Origin: Thermodesulfobacteriota bacterium
Lineage (GTDB): Bacteria; Desulfobacterota_D; UBA1144
Length of the DNA: 64,000 nt
Direction: 5' to 3'
Assembly: GCA_030835345.1 (NCBI GenBank)
Contig: JAURPH010000006.1
Coordinates: 703-64,702 of the forward strand
Position numbers and translations under genes: made by a program. The notes beneath the pieces are model-generated. The model was not told where the DNA came from, ran no database searches, and was given only the letters and a program-made list of their open reading frames with translations. Each line of letters begins with the position of its first letter. Within the stretch, counting starts at the first letter, position 1. Shown piece by piece: positions 1-8,865 of this stretch.

Positions 1-1
1 T

Positions 2-175
2 AAGCTGTCGAATATGACTATCATCCCTGCGGGTGAAACAATATCTTATTTTATGAGTATTGATTATGAAAGATTAAGGGGTGAGGCTGCAAATAGTCCT
101 TTAGTCAAAGACCAGGGATCTAAAAATCAATATTCATTTATGCTAGCGATTATGTTTGAATTGTCTAAATTCTAA
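2..175 (+). CDS. 3' fragment of an unidentified protein-coding gene (open from window edge; ...MTIIPAGETISYFMSIDYERLRGEAANSPLVKDQGSKNQYSFMLAIMFELSKF*)
   Basis: Frame 2 is open from position 2 to the TAA at 173-175. It converges on ispA with a 4-nt overlap. I recognise no motif. Confidence 0.25.
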   Translation, partial: KLSNMTIIPAGETISYFMSIDYERLRGEAANSPLVKDQGSKNQYSFMLAIMFELSKF

Positions 176-1065
176 TGTTTTCTTTGCAGCAGAAAATCTA
201 AAAATTTTTTAAAGAAAGGATTTTTTTCACCAAAGAAATTTTTTTTATTAGTACATTCATATATTAAATCTGAACAAATTGTATATGCTTGATCAAAAGA
301 AATATGATTTAATAAATGATTTTTCTTAATATCTTTGTTAGTTTTTTTTCCTAGAGTTTTAAAGTTACTTCTTGCATCTAAAATATCATCTGTAATTTGA
401 AAAATTAAACCTAAATTTTTTGAGTACAATTTTCCTTCATCGAGTAGCTTTTTATTTGATCCAGCAAGAATAATTGGAGAAAGTATACAAAATTCAAATA
501 ATCTTGATGTTTTTAATTCATAAATTTTGATTATTTCATTTTTTGAAAAATTTTTTTTGGGTATTTCTAAATCTAGGGATTGACCTAGGGCTAGACCATT
601 AGTACCTGCTATTCTAGTTAAAAGATTAATAACTTCCAAAGATCTATTATAGTGTTGAGAATCTGTATTTTTTGTTAAGATTTCAACTGCCATTGAAAAC
701 ATTGAATTTCCAGAGAGTATTGCTGTTGCTTCATCAAATTTCTTATGTGTTGCGAGCTTACCCCTTCTATAGTCATCATTATCCATTTGTGGCAGATCAT
801 CATGTACCAGTGAATATGTATGAAGAAGTTCTGATGCCAGTGCAATTTGCTTATAGTCCCTCTTTTTTAATCCCAACGACTCAGAAACAAGTCTAACGAT
901 TACCGGCCTAATTCTTTTGCCACCAATAGTTAAAGAGTATTTAATTGCTTTATCTAATTTAGTTTCAAAAATCTCTTTGTTTAAAAAAACTTTTAAATCT
1001 TTATCAAAATCTAGTGCATAACTTTTTAAAATTTCTTTGATGTTCATTTCCATTAACAATATCAC
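172..1065 (-). CDS. ispA: Polyprenyl diphosphate synthase (farnesyl/geranylgeranyl diphosphate synthase family)
   Basis: Two Asp-rich motifs (LVHDDLPQMDNDDYRRG and FQITDDILD). Length of 297 aa is typical of short-chain trans-prenyltransferases. Confidence 0.85.
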   Translation of the reverse strand: MILLMEMNIKEILKSYALDFDKDLKVFLNKEIFETKLDKAIKYSLTIGGKRIRPVIVRLVSESLGLKKRDYKQIALASELLHTYSLVHDDLPQMDNDDYRRGKLATHKKFDEATAILSGNSMFSMAVEILTKNTDSQHYNRSLEVINLLTRIAGTNGLALGQSLDLEIPKKNFSKNEIIKIYELKTSRLFEFCILSPIILAGSNKKLLDEGKLYSKNLGLIFQITDDILDARSNFKTLGKKTNKDIKKNHLLNHISFDQAYTICSDLIYECTNKKNFFGEKNPFFKKFLDFLLQRKH

Positions 1066-1110
1066 TTATTGGTGATTTTTTAAATTTGTAAATTCTGGTT
1101 ACAATCATGT

Positions 1111-1773
1111 ATGGCCGATTTTGAGAAAGAAATAAAAAAAGCTCTTGATTTATCAAATGAAGGAAGAATATGGGAAGCATTAAATATTTACAATAAAATC
1201 CTAGATTCTGACCCTAAGTATGAGCCAGCATTAATGAATAAGGCAATATTAAATTTCCAAGAGAAGAAATATGAGGAAGTTCTTGAAATAGTTTCTAAAG
1301 TTAAGTCGGAAGCTAATATATTTGATGTGAAATTTATTGAGGCTAATTGCCACTTTTTACTTGGAAATATTGATATAGCAGAAAAAACCTATAGTGTTTT
1401 ATCCTCTTATCTTAATGAAAACAATGATTTAATTTTTAAGGCTGGAATGGCAACACTTCAGCAGGGTTTTTATCTTGTATCAATAAAAATTCTAGGAAAA
1501 ATTGATACGAAAAAGTCTTTGTTTTTTGAAAAAAATTATTATATGGCATTAGCTTATAAGGCCATGGGTGATCTTTCTTCTTCTATTAAATGTTTTGGTT
1601 ATGCAATAAGAGAAAAAAGTGATTCTTTTCAGCTGTATCCATTAATTGCAACAACTTGTTTCCAAAATGGGATGATTGAAGAGGGAGACAAGCTAATGAA
1701 TATTTTACGAGAGAAGAATAACCGTTTTTTCCAGCATGTCGCCGGTATAGTAGCTGATTATAGGAAGAGCTAA
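1111..1773 (+). CDS. Tetratricopeptide-repeat (TPR) protein, function unknown
   Basis: Repeated approximately 34-aa helical units with the W/LG/Y/A/F/A/P spacing pattern (e.g. ALNIYNKILDSDPKYEPALMNKA). No catalytic motif. Confidence 0.5.
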   Translation: MADFEKEIKKALDLSNEGRIWEALNIYNKILDSDPKYEPALMNKAILNFQEKKYEEVLEIVSKVKSEANIFDVKFIEANCHFLLGNIDIAEKTYSVLSSYLNENNDLIFKAGMATLQQGFYLVSIKILGKIDTKKSLFFEKNYYMALAYKAMGDLSSSIKCFGYAIREKSDSFQLYPLIATTCFQNGMIEEGDKLMNILREKNNRFFQHVAGIVADYRKS

Positions 1774-2930
1774 TCTATCTTGGTTGCCAATTTCTTCGCA
1801 TATAGAATTTGTGTGATTCCAAGTAAGCAAAGTCCTATGTATAAAGGTGCATTGTATGAAAATGTTTGGAAAAACAAGCCTGAAAATGGTTGTCCACTAA
1901 ATCTGGAAATACTTAATGCTGACTGATTAATGCTTAATGCTGAACCAGTTTGATCTTTGCTAATTTTTTGACTAATTAAACTATTTATAGTTGGATTGAA
2001 CATTCCAATGCCAAATGTACAAAAGAAAACCGCACAGCTTAGTAAAATATATGTTTTTGTAATTGTAAGCAAAAAAATGCCAATAAATATAAAGCATATT
2101 GATATAAGTGCTGTCATTTTTTCTTTAAATTTTTTCACAAAAAAGTTTATAGAAATAGATTGATGGAATGCTAAAAGTATTCCCACGAAACACATTAGTG
2201 TTCCAATTTGTTGAGGACCCCAATTGAAAACTTTTTCACTCCACAGTGCAAATATTCCATTCAGCCCTGAGAAAACAAAATTTATTAAAAAATATAAATA
2301 AAATAAATATGAAACCTCTTTTTTTGTAACAATATCATATATCTGTTTTATATAATTTGTTGATTTAAATTTTACTCTTACATTTTTCGTTTTCTTTAGT
2401 AGGAAAAACAATATAAATATATTTATAAAGTTAATGGATGCAGCAAAAATCCCTGATGCAAAATAATTAGGTTCTAATGGATTGTTTCCTGCTAAATAAC
2501 CTCCTACGATTGGCCCTATAGCAAATCCAAGACTATATGCAGAATTATATCTACCTATGTACTTTGTTCTATCTTTTTCATTTGTTATATCAGATATGTA
2601 TGCTGAGCCCACGGAGAGATTGCATGAAAAGCATCCAGCTATTACTCTTGAAAGAAGGACCAATGGTAAAGTATTAGCAAAGGCCATGATTAAGTGTGAG
2701 GCAAAATCTGCACAACTTGATGATAGCAGCATTGGTTTTCTTCCAAATTTATCCGAGAGTTTTCCAAGATATGGAGAAACAAAGAACTGAATAAAAGAAA
2801 AAATTGATATATATAGAGTTACAATAAATGGTCCAGCCCCTAGAAACATTACATGAAAGGGTAGAACTGCAATTATAATGGAGCTAAAAGCTATAACATC
2901 TAAAAAAACATATAAAAGTAATGCATTCAC
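1770..2930 (-). CDS. MFS transporter
   Basis: About 12 predicted hydrophobic helices. MFS signature motif between TM2 and TM3 (GKLSDKFGRKPMLL). Confidence 0.8.
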   Translation of the reverse strand: MNALLLYVFLDVIAFSSIIIAVLPFHVMFLGAGPFIVTLYISIFSFIQFFVSPYLGKLSDKFGRKPMLLSSSCADFASHLIMAFANTLPLVLLSRVIAGCFSCNLSVGSAYISDITNEKDRTKYIGRYNSAYSLGFAIGPIVGGYLAGNNPLEPNYFASGIFAASINFINIFILFFLLKKTKNVRVKFKSTNYIKQIYDIVTKKEVSYLFYLYFLINFVFSGLNGIFALWSEKVFNWGPQQIGTLMCFVGILLAFHQSISINFFVKKFKEKMTALISICFIFIGIFLLTITKTYILLSCAVFFCTFGIGMFNPTINSLISQKISKDQTGSALSINQSALSISRFSGQPFSGLFFQTFSYNAPLYIGLCLLGITQILYAKKLATKID

Positions 2931-2985
2931 ACGTTTACAATAAACGAAATAAAATTAAAAGAAATTAAAAAATCAAAATAGTTAA

Positions 2986-3744
2986 TTATTGAGCACAAAA
3001 TCCGCCATCAATCATTAATGTATGTCCTGTAACATAGCTAGATTGCGGTGAAAAAAGCCATAGTACTGCATCACTTATTTCTTTTGGAGTTCCTATTCGT
3101 TGCATTGGCACCATTCCACCAAATTGCTCCGGATTTCCTTCAGTTGGATCAGATAGCATTGGTGTATTTATTGGACCAGGTCCTACTGCATTAACTCTGA
3201 TGTTAGATTGAGCTAACTCAATTGCAGCACCTTTAGTTAACCCTGTAACTGCATGCTTAGTTGAACTATATACAGTTAATCCAGGGTAAGCTGAATGTGA
3301 TAAAATTGAACTATTATTTACTATACTGCATGGATTGTCAGGGGATGCATACTTAGACATTTCTGCTATCTGATAATGCATACAATAAACAACACCTTTT
3401 ATATTCACATCGATAATATAACTTGAATCTTCAGGCTTCTGTTCTGCCAGGGGCTGAACATCACCTAACAAGCCAGAATTATTAAAAGCAAAGTTAAATT
3501 CTCCATATTCTTTGAGTGTAAAATCAATTAAATTTTTAACATCCTCAACTTTCGAAACATCAGTTTTAACAAATCTTGCTTCCCCACCGTTTTTTTTGAT
3601 AGTTTCAACAACTTCATTTCCTTTTTCTTCGTTTCTATTTCCAATTACAACTTTTAATCCTACTTTCGCAAGCTCTATTGATGTCTCTTTCCCAATTCCA
3701 GTTCCACCACCTGTAATAATTACAACTTTATTTTTAAAACTCAT
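2986..3744 (-). CDS. Short-chain dehydrogenase/reductase (SDR) family oxidoreductase
   Basis: N-terminal Rossmann motif ITGGGTGIG. Catalytic YSSTK (YxxxK) and NNSG motifs. Length 252 aa. Confidence 0.88.
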   Translation of the reverse strand: MSFKNKVVIITGGGTGIGKETSIELAKVGLKVVIGNRNEEKGNEVVETIKKNGGEARFVKTDVSKVEDVKNLIDFTLKEYGEFNFAFNNSGLLGDVQPLAEQKPEDSSYIIDVNIKGVVYCMHYQIAEMSKYASPDNPCSIVNNSSILSHSAYPGLTVYSSTKHAVTGLTKGAAIELAQSNIRVNAVGPGPINTPMLSDPTEGNPEQFGGMVPMQRIGTPKEISDAVLWLFSPQSSYVTGHTLMIDGGFCAQ

Positions 3745-3785
3745 ATTTTATTCCTCCAATAGCCTAATCACTAACTAATAACATT

Positions 3786-4634
3786 CTACCTTCTTCCGAT
3801 AAATTTTTTAAATTCATTTTTTGTAACTTTTTTTGATTTATAGCTATGTATTGCTAACTCAATACTATTTATGATTTTCTTTAATCTAAAATCATCCTCT
3901 TGATAACTTAACTTTATCAAATGTTGATATGTAGTCCATACAATTGATGATGGTGATAATTTCTTTTCCTCAATGTATTTTTTTTCCATTGAATTAAGTG
4001 ATATCTGATTTGGCTTGATTTTATTAAATAATTCGTTTAGGTCTATAGATTCATCTAAATATATTTGTGGTTTGATTTCAACAGCTCTGATCAAATATTT
4101 AAGATTTTTTGTCAGAAGAAATCTTTGTATTTCATCAACTGAAGTATGAATTAATGGCAGATCATACCCATAAATCGAATCATAATCTATTTCAACCCTA
4201 GATAGAATTTCAGGGAAATATTTCTCAGATTCAATTAACTCCTGGATAATTTTAATATTAGCTTCAGGAAATGCATATTTTTCAAATTCGCTATTTTTAA
4301 TCCATTTATAATCACTATGAACTATTAGTTTTGGCATTGAAATGATATGAGATTCTGCAATAAAACCAATTAGTTCTAAATTTATATCGTCATATTCATG
4401 CTTTGTTCTGGTAAAAAAATTTATATTATCTACATTTAAACCTATTTCTTCTTTAACTTCCCTGATTACGCAGGAGCGTTCAGACTCTCCTTTTTCTATT
4501 TTTCCACCTGGAAATTCCCAAAGTCTATCTCGAGGTCCCTTGCTATCTCTTTTCAAGATAAGTGTTTTAAAATCTTTTCTTATTATGCAACAGCAAACTT
4601 TCAGGGTCCTTTTCATTTTTATAAATCTAACCAA
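3786..4634 (-). CDS. Nudix hydrolase (MutT-like) fused to about 150-aa C-terminal domain of unknown function
   Basis: Canonical Nudix box GGKIEKGESERSCVIREVKEEIGL in the N-terminal half. The C-terminal half has no motif I recognise. The start may be the internal Met at 4616. Confidence 0.7.
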   Translation of the reverse strand: MVRFIKMKRTLKVCCCIIRKDFKTLILKRDSKGPRDRLWEFPGGKIEKGESERSCVIREVKEEIGLNVDNINFFTRTKHEYDDINLELIGFIAESHIISMPKLIVHSDYKWIKNSEFEKYAFPEANIKIIQELIESEKYFPEILSRVEIDYDSIYGYDLPLIHTSVDEIQRFLLTKNLKYLIRAVEIKPQIYLDESIDLNELFNKIKPNQISLNSMEKKYIEEKKLSPSSIVWTTYQHLIKLSYQEDDFRLKKIINSIELAIHSYKSKKVTKNEFKKFIGRR

Positions 4635-4671
4635 ATAATAATATTATGTATAATAAAAATAAGAGGGAAAT

Positions 4672-4845
4672 ATGCCAACTATTAAAAATAGTTCTGATCA
4701 AAAATTTCCATTAGTTCAGGTGGAGTTGAATAGTGGAGAGAAAGTTTACTTGTGTAGATGTTTTAAATCTAAGGATATGCCATTTTGTGATGGTGCACAT
4801 AAAAATATTCCTGGGACTGGACCAGCACTTGTGAGAGCTAAATAG
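4672..4845 (+). CDS. CDGSH iron-sulfur domain mini-protein (mitoNEET-like zinc-finger/2Fe-2S motif), 57 aa
   Basis: Not in the supplied ORF track because it is under 60 aa. ATG at 4672 is preceded by AAGAGGGAAA. Translation is MPTIKNSSDQKFPLVQVELNSGEKVYLCRCFKSKDMPFCDGAHKNIPGTGPALVRAK. It matches the CDGSH consensus C-x-C-x2-S-x3-P-x-C-D-G-A-H. It sits in a 218-nt gap that is otherwise non-coding. Confidence 0.7.
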   Translation: MPTIKNSSDQKFPLVQVELNSGEKVYLCRCFKSKDMPFCDGAHKNIPGTGPALVRAK

Positions 4846-4852
4846 AACTTAA

Positions 4853-5584
4853 ATGAAAAAAAGACTAGATTCTTATCTTGTTGAAAAAAATTATTTTGAT
4901 TCAAGAGCAAAAGCTCAAGTTCATATACTTGCTGGTGAGGTTTATGTAAATAATGAAAAAATTTTAGTATCATCAAGGTTGATTAGTGAACCTTGTGATA
5001 TTGAAATCAAATTTTTATCTGATAACTATGTAAGTAGATCTGGAATTAAGCTCAAATCAGCATTAGATACTTTTAAAGTAAATCCTGAAGATAAAATTTG
5101 TATAGATATAGGTGCATCCACAGGTGGCTTTACCGAGTGTTTGTTACGTTATGGTGCAAAAAAAATTTATTCTGTAGATGTTGGGTATGGCCAATTAGAT
5201 TATAAATTAAGAAATAATAATCGGGTCATAAATCTTGAGAAGACTAATGCCAGATACTTAACATCTGAAGAAATTCCTGATTCTATAGAATTGATTGTTA
5301 TGGATGTATCTTTTATATCGATAACAAAGTTCGATAACTTTCTAAAAAGTTTTACTAATAATCAAATGGAATTTGTAGGGTTGATTAAACCACAATTTGA
5401 ATTAACTAGGGAAAAAATAGGAAAGAAAGGAATTGTGACTAACGAAGATTTTAGAACTGAAGCAAATTTAAAGGTCAGTTCTTTCCTTTCAAATTATTTT
5501 AAAAATGTTTCTGAAATAATTAGCTCACCAATAAAAGGTACAAAGGGAAATATTGAAAGTCTTATTTATTGTTCCAATCTTTAA
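4853..5584 (+). CDS. tlyA: TlyA-family rRNA 2'-O-methyltransferase (S4 domain + FtsJ-like MTase; 'hemolysin A')
   Basis: N-terminal S4-like RLDSYLV motif. SAM-binding motif [15 protein letters not shown]. 243 aa. Confidence 0.85.
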   Translation: MKKRLDSYLVEKNYFDSRAKAQVHILAGEVYVNNEKILVSSRLISEPCDIEIKFLSDNYVSRSGIKLKSALDTFKVNPEDKICIDIGASTGGFTECLLRYGAKKIYSVDVGYGQLDYKLRNNNRVINLEKTNARYLTSEEIPDSIELIVMDVSFISITKFDNFLKSFTNNQMEFVGLIKPQFELTREKIGKKGIVTNEDFRTEANLKVSSFLSNYFKNVSEIISSPIKGTKGNIESLIYCSNL

Positions 5585-6206
5585 GGAACTTTTCTATACC
5601 TATATCAGTAAGTGGATGATTAAATAATTGCATGATTACCGAATAGGGAAGAGTTGCTACATCGGCACCTAATTTTGCCGATTCAACTATATGGATTGGA
5701 TTTCTAATACTTGCTACTAAAATTTCAGTAATAAAACCATAGTTTAAAAAAACTTCAGATAAATCAGATATTAACGACATTCCATTAGAAGAAATATCAT
5801 CTAGCCTACCAACAAAAGGACTCACATAGGCTGCACCAGCTTTAGCAGCTAATAATGCTTGAGAGCATGAAAAAATTAGAGTGACATTCACCGGAATTTT
5901 CTTTTTTGCAAAATAACTTGTTGCTTTTATTCCATTTTTTGTCATTGGGAGTTTGATAACTACATTTTTGTCAATTTTTGCTAATTCTTCGCCTTCTTTG
6001 ATCATCCCTTTGTAATCAGTGGAAATTACTTCAGCACTCACAGGTCCTTTAGCTATTTTGCATATTTTTTTTATAATCGTTTTAAAGTTCTTCTGTCCAT
6101 TTTCTTTTGCGACTAGAGATGGGTTTGTAGTTACCCCATCCAATAGTCCGAATGAAGCTATTTCTTCGATTTCATTTAAATTAGCACTGTCTAGAAAAAA
6201 TTTCAC
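5562..6206 (-). CDS. tal: Transaldolase / fructose-6-phosphate aldolase (short TalC/Fsa-type)
   Basis: 214 aa. Begins [15 protein letters not shown], then the GVTTNPSL motif. The Schiff-base lysine context VVIKLP is typical of short transaldolases. Confidence 0.88.
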   Translation of the reverse strand: MKFFLDSANLNEIEEIASFGLLDGVTTNPSLVAKENGQKNFKTIIKKICKIAKGPVSAEVISTDYKGMIKEGEELAKIDKNVVIKLPMTKNGIKATSYFAKKKIPVNVTLIFSCSQALLAAKAGAAYVSPFVGRLDDISSNGMSLISDLSEVFLNYGFITEILVASIRNPIHIVESAKLGADVATLPYSVIMQLFNHPLTDIGIEKFLKDWNNK

Positions 6207-6249
6207 ATTTATATATTACTTTATTTTTCCCCCCTTTTAAAACTAATCA

Positions 6250-6279
6250 TTGACAAAAAGTTATTATTGAGCAGAATAA
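6250..6279 (+). promoter_or_regulatory. Candidate sigma70-type promoter for rpsT (-35 TTGACA at 6250-6255; weak -10 AGAATA/GAATAA 17-18 nt downstream)
   Basis: Perfect -35 hexamer in the 83-nt divergent tal/rpsT spacer. The -10 element is poor. Confidence 0.25.
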
Positions 6280-6289
6280 AGCTTTAATT

Positions 6290-6547
6290 ATGGCAAACAA
6301 AAGTGCATCAGCAAAAAAAAGAGCTAGACAAAGTATCAAGCGTAGAGCTAGGAATAAGTCAGTTATATCTAATTTAAAATCTTCAGTAAAAGCATATCAA
6401 ACTGCTTTAGAAAGTGGTGAGGATTCAAAAGATTTATTGCTGAGAAAAGTAATATCATTGTATGACAAAGCTGCAGCTAAAGGTGTAATTCACAAGCGCA
6501 ATGCTTCTAGAAATATTTCTAAGATTTCGAAGACAATTAATAAATAA
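6290..6547 (+). CDS. rpsT: 30S ribosomal protein S20
   Basis: 85 aa. MANKSASAKKRARQSIKRRARNKS is typical of S20. Basic helical protein. Confidence 0.92.
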   Translation: MANKSASAKKRARQSIKRRARNKSVISNLKSSVKAYQTALESGEDSKDLLLRKVISLYDKAAAKGVIHKRNASRNISKISKTINK

Positions 6548-6548
6548 G

Positions 6549-6809
6549 TTGGAATATAATTTTATATCAATTGTTGGAATTATTGCAGGAACATTGACCA
6601 CAATAGCTTTTATACCTCAAGTTTACAAAGTTTATAAAACTAAGGCTACTAGAGATATATCACTTGGTATGTTTTTAATTTTTTCAATTGGTGTTGGCTT
6701 TTGGCTTTACTATGGAATATTAAAAAATGATTATCCAATTATTTTAGCAAACTCTATTACAATAACTTTTTCACTTTATATTTTATTTAACAAAATCAAA
6801 TTCAAATAA
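6549..6809 (+). CDS. SemiSWEET / PQ-loop (MtN3-like) minimal sugar transporter, 3 TM helices
   Basis: About 86 aa with three hydrophobic helices. PQ motif IAFIPQVYKVYKTK closely resembles bacterial SemiSWEETs. The ORF-track start at 6501 overlaps rpsT, so I place the start at the in-frame TTG at 6549, 1 nt after the rpsT stop. Confidence 0.6.
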   Translation: MEYNFISIVGIIAGTLTTIAFIPQVYKVYKTKATRDISLGMFLIFSIGVGFWLYYGILKNDYPIILANSITITFSLYILFNKIKFK

Positions 6810-7775
6810 TTAATTTGTAATATTTTTAATAAGATTAAAAATAATAGTTTTCTGGGATATATCCGAACTTTTTAAAAGCTTGTCAGCATTTTGGAGCTCT
6901 CTTAGAGTCTTTAGAAGATCATTCATTTTTAGTTTATTTGATTCAGCTTTTATATATTTGAATTGAAATTTTGATATTTTGGTTGCACTAATTATTTCAT
7001 CATCAGTTTTATTTTTATTTTGAAGAATTTTTATTTTTAAATATTGTCTATATTTCCATGCTATTCTACCAATCTCCATAAAAATATTTTTCTCAAAATT
7101 GGTTTTATTAAAATTTCTAAGCAATTCTTTAAAATTTTTATTATTTATGTATTTATCTAAATTATAAGTTTCGGTAAATACTGTTCTCTTGTGATCATTA
7201 TATAATTCGTTGACCTTAGGTTCATCAATTTTACCTTTATTTGCAAAAGCCTTTATTTTTTCAACTTCATTCTCAATTCCGATTCTACTTTCTGGAAACT
7301 TATCTGTTATTAATTCCATTAGGTTCTTTGATAATTTTATATTATTGGCTTCTAATATATCTTTTATAAATATATTTCTCATATTCTTATCATTAAATTC
7401 ATATTTTTTATCAACACCAAACTTTTTTAATATTTTTTTTGAAAAATAAAAAATCTTTGCAAATTTGTTTGGATTTAAATTAAACTCTATTAAATTATCA
7501 ATTAGTTCTTTATTTGCTTCGTTTACATTTAAAATTATTATGAATCTTTTGTTATACCCTAGTGGGTAAGTATTCATATTTTCTAATATAGTAGGAATAT
7601 CATTAGTTCTTTCTATATCAATAATATTTACATTTGATGAATAAATATCGTTTGGTGTATTTTCGATTAGATAATCAAGTAATTTTTTTTGATAATATGA
7701 ATCCTCCTCAACGATTAACACTGTTCTTAAATTATCTTTTTCAACAATTTCGCTGATTTCATTGATTTCTGCCAT
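6810..7775 (-). CDS. holA: DNA polymerase III delta subunit (putative)
   Basis: 321 aa with an AAA-lid-like helical C-terminus (LLKTLRELQNADKLLKSS). Overall it resembles the delta subunit. There is no diagnostic motif, so this is a moderate call. Confidence 0.5.
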   Translation of the reverse strand: MAEINEISEIVEKDNLRTVLIVEEDSYYQKKLLDYLIENTPNDIYSSNVNIIDIERTNDIPTILENMNTYPLGYNKRFIIILNVNEANKELIDNLIEFNLNPNKFAKIFYFSKKILKKFGVDKKYEFNDKNMRNIFIKDILEANNIKLSKNLMELITDKFPESRIGIENEVEKIKAFANKGKIDEPKVNELYNDHKRTVFTETYNLDKYINNKNFKELLRNFNKTNFEKNIFMEIGRIAWKYRQYLKIKILQNKNKTDDEIISATKISKFQFKYIKAESNKLKMNDLLKTLRELQNADKLLKSSDISQKTIIFNLIKNITN

Positions 7776-7791
7776 TATAATTACAATATTA

Positions 7792-8463
7792 ATGCTGAAT
7801 AAAATTTATACAAAAAGTTTTTCAAAAAAAATCAATTATGAATCAATCGAGAAGTTGTTTGATCAATATTCTTACAATTTAATGAAGGGTGAGGGTATAG
7901 GATATTTATTGTTTTTAGAGCATCCTGATGTCTTTACTGTGGGCAGATTTAAGTCCCTAAAATATGATTTGTCTTCAAAAATAAATGGAATTCCACTAAG
8001 AAAATCTTCTCGTGGAGGAGATATAACTTATCATGGAGATGGTCAATTAGTTTTCTATCCAGTATTAAATATTTCTTTGTTAGCAATAAAGTTAAAAAAC
8101 CTTGTTACAATCCTAGAGAAAAGCTTGGTAAAAACACTAGAGAATTTTAAAGTAATCGCAAAAGCAAGAATAAATGGGCCTGGCGTTTGGATAGATGATT
8201 ATAAAATTGCTTCAATAGGAATTTCCTTCAAAAAAGGAATAAGTTTGCATGGAATATCAATTAATTTTGATAGTGATCTTAACAAGCAAGAACTTATTGA
8301 TGCATGTGGTGATAGTTCTTTGAAGATAGGGAACATTGAACAATTCGCTAAAATCGATAAATCAAAGTTTAAAGAATTATTTAATAATATTTTTTATTCT
8401 GAATTGATTAATATTAGCAATTACCCAAAGAAAAAACTAATCTCCCTAGTAGCTGAATCTTGA
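7792..8463 (+). CDS. lipB: Lipoyl(octanoyl) transferase
   Basis: Motifs LEHPDVFTVGR, RGGDITYHGDGQLVFYPVL and KIASIGI. Start chosen at ATG 7792. The ORF-track start at 7762 would overlap the divergent holA start. ATG 7882 is also possible. Confidence 0.85.
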   Translation: MLNKIYTKSFSKKINYESIEKLFDQYSYNLMKGEGIGYLLFLEHPDVFTVGRFKSLKYDLSSKINGIPLRKSSRGGDITYHGDGQLVFYPVLNISLLAIKLKNLVTILEKSLVKTLENFKVIAKARINGPGVWIDDYKIASIGISFKKGISLHGISINFDSDLNKQELIDACGDSSLKIGNIEQFAKIDKSKFKELFNNIFYSELINISNYPKKKLISLVAES

Positions 8464-8819
8464 GAATCTGATCCATGAATAATATTGCTATCGATGCTAT
8501 CAGCATATTGTGCTCTTATAGTCCCTTCTTTAGCTTCTTGTGGATCAGTTGCTCCCATAATTTCCCTTACTCTCAATATTGCATTCTCACCCATTAAAAC
8601 AAATGGTATACATGGACCTGAGGACATGAAGGCTACTAAGTCCTTAAAGAAAGGTTTTCCATCGTGCATTTCGTAGAACTCACTAGCTTCTTTTTCAGTA
8701 AGTTGAATAAGTTTTATATGAGTAATTTTTAAACCGGAGTCTTCGAATTTTTTTAATATGTTACCTATAATATTCTTCTTTACTCCGTCGGGCTTTATAA
8801 TTGATAATGTTGATTCCAT
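8421..8819 (-). CDS. ndk: Nucleoside diphosphate kinase
   Basis: 132 aa. IIKPDGV, NIIHGSDS (active-site His) and EIMGATDP motifs. Confidence 0.93.
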   Translation of the reverse strand: MESTLSIIKPDGVKKNIIGNILKKFEDSGLKITHIKLIQLTEKEASEFYEMHDGKPFFKDLVAFMSSGPCIPFVLMGENAILRVREIMGATDPQEAKEGTIRAQYADSIDSNIIHGSDSQDSATREISFFFG

Positions 8820-8865
8820 ACTTTCACCTTTTGACCTTATAATTTGGTTGATTTATTATAGCAGA

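Noticed and set aside
672-896. Plus-strand 74-aa ORF inside ispA, and the many similar 60-110-aa ORFs inside rpoB, rpoC, purL, aspS etc.
   Set aside because: They are all antisense or out-of-frame within well-supported long genes and have no motifs.
4746-4976. 76-aa minus-strand ORF
   Set aside because: It is antisense to the CDGSH mini-gene and the tlyA start and has no motif. The plus-strand CDGSH ORF carries an exact family signature.
8758-8865. Upstream start for proA (ORF track 8758)
   Set aside because: It would overlap ndk on the opposite strand by about 60 nt and adds a non-conserved hydrophobic leader. MSLDS at 8866 gives a typical 426-aa ProA.
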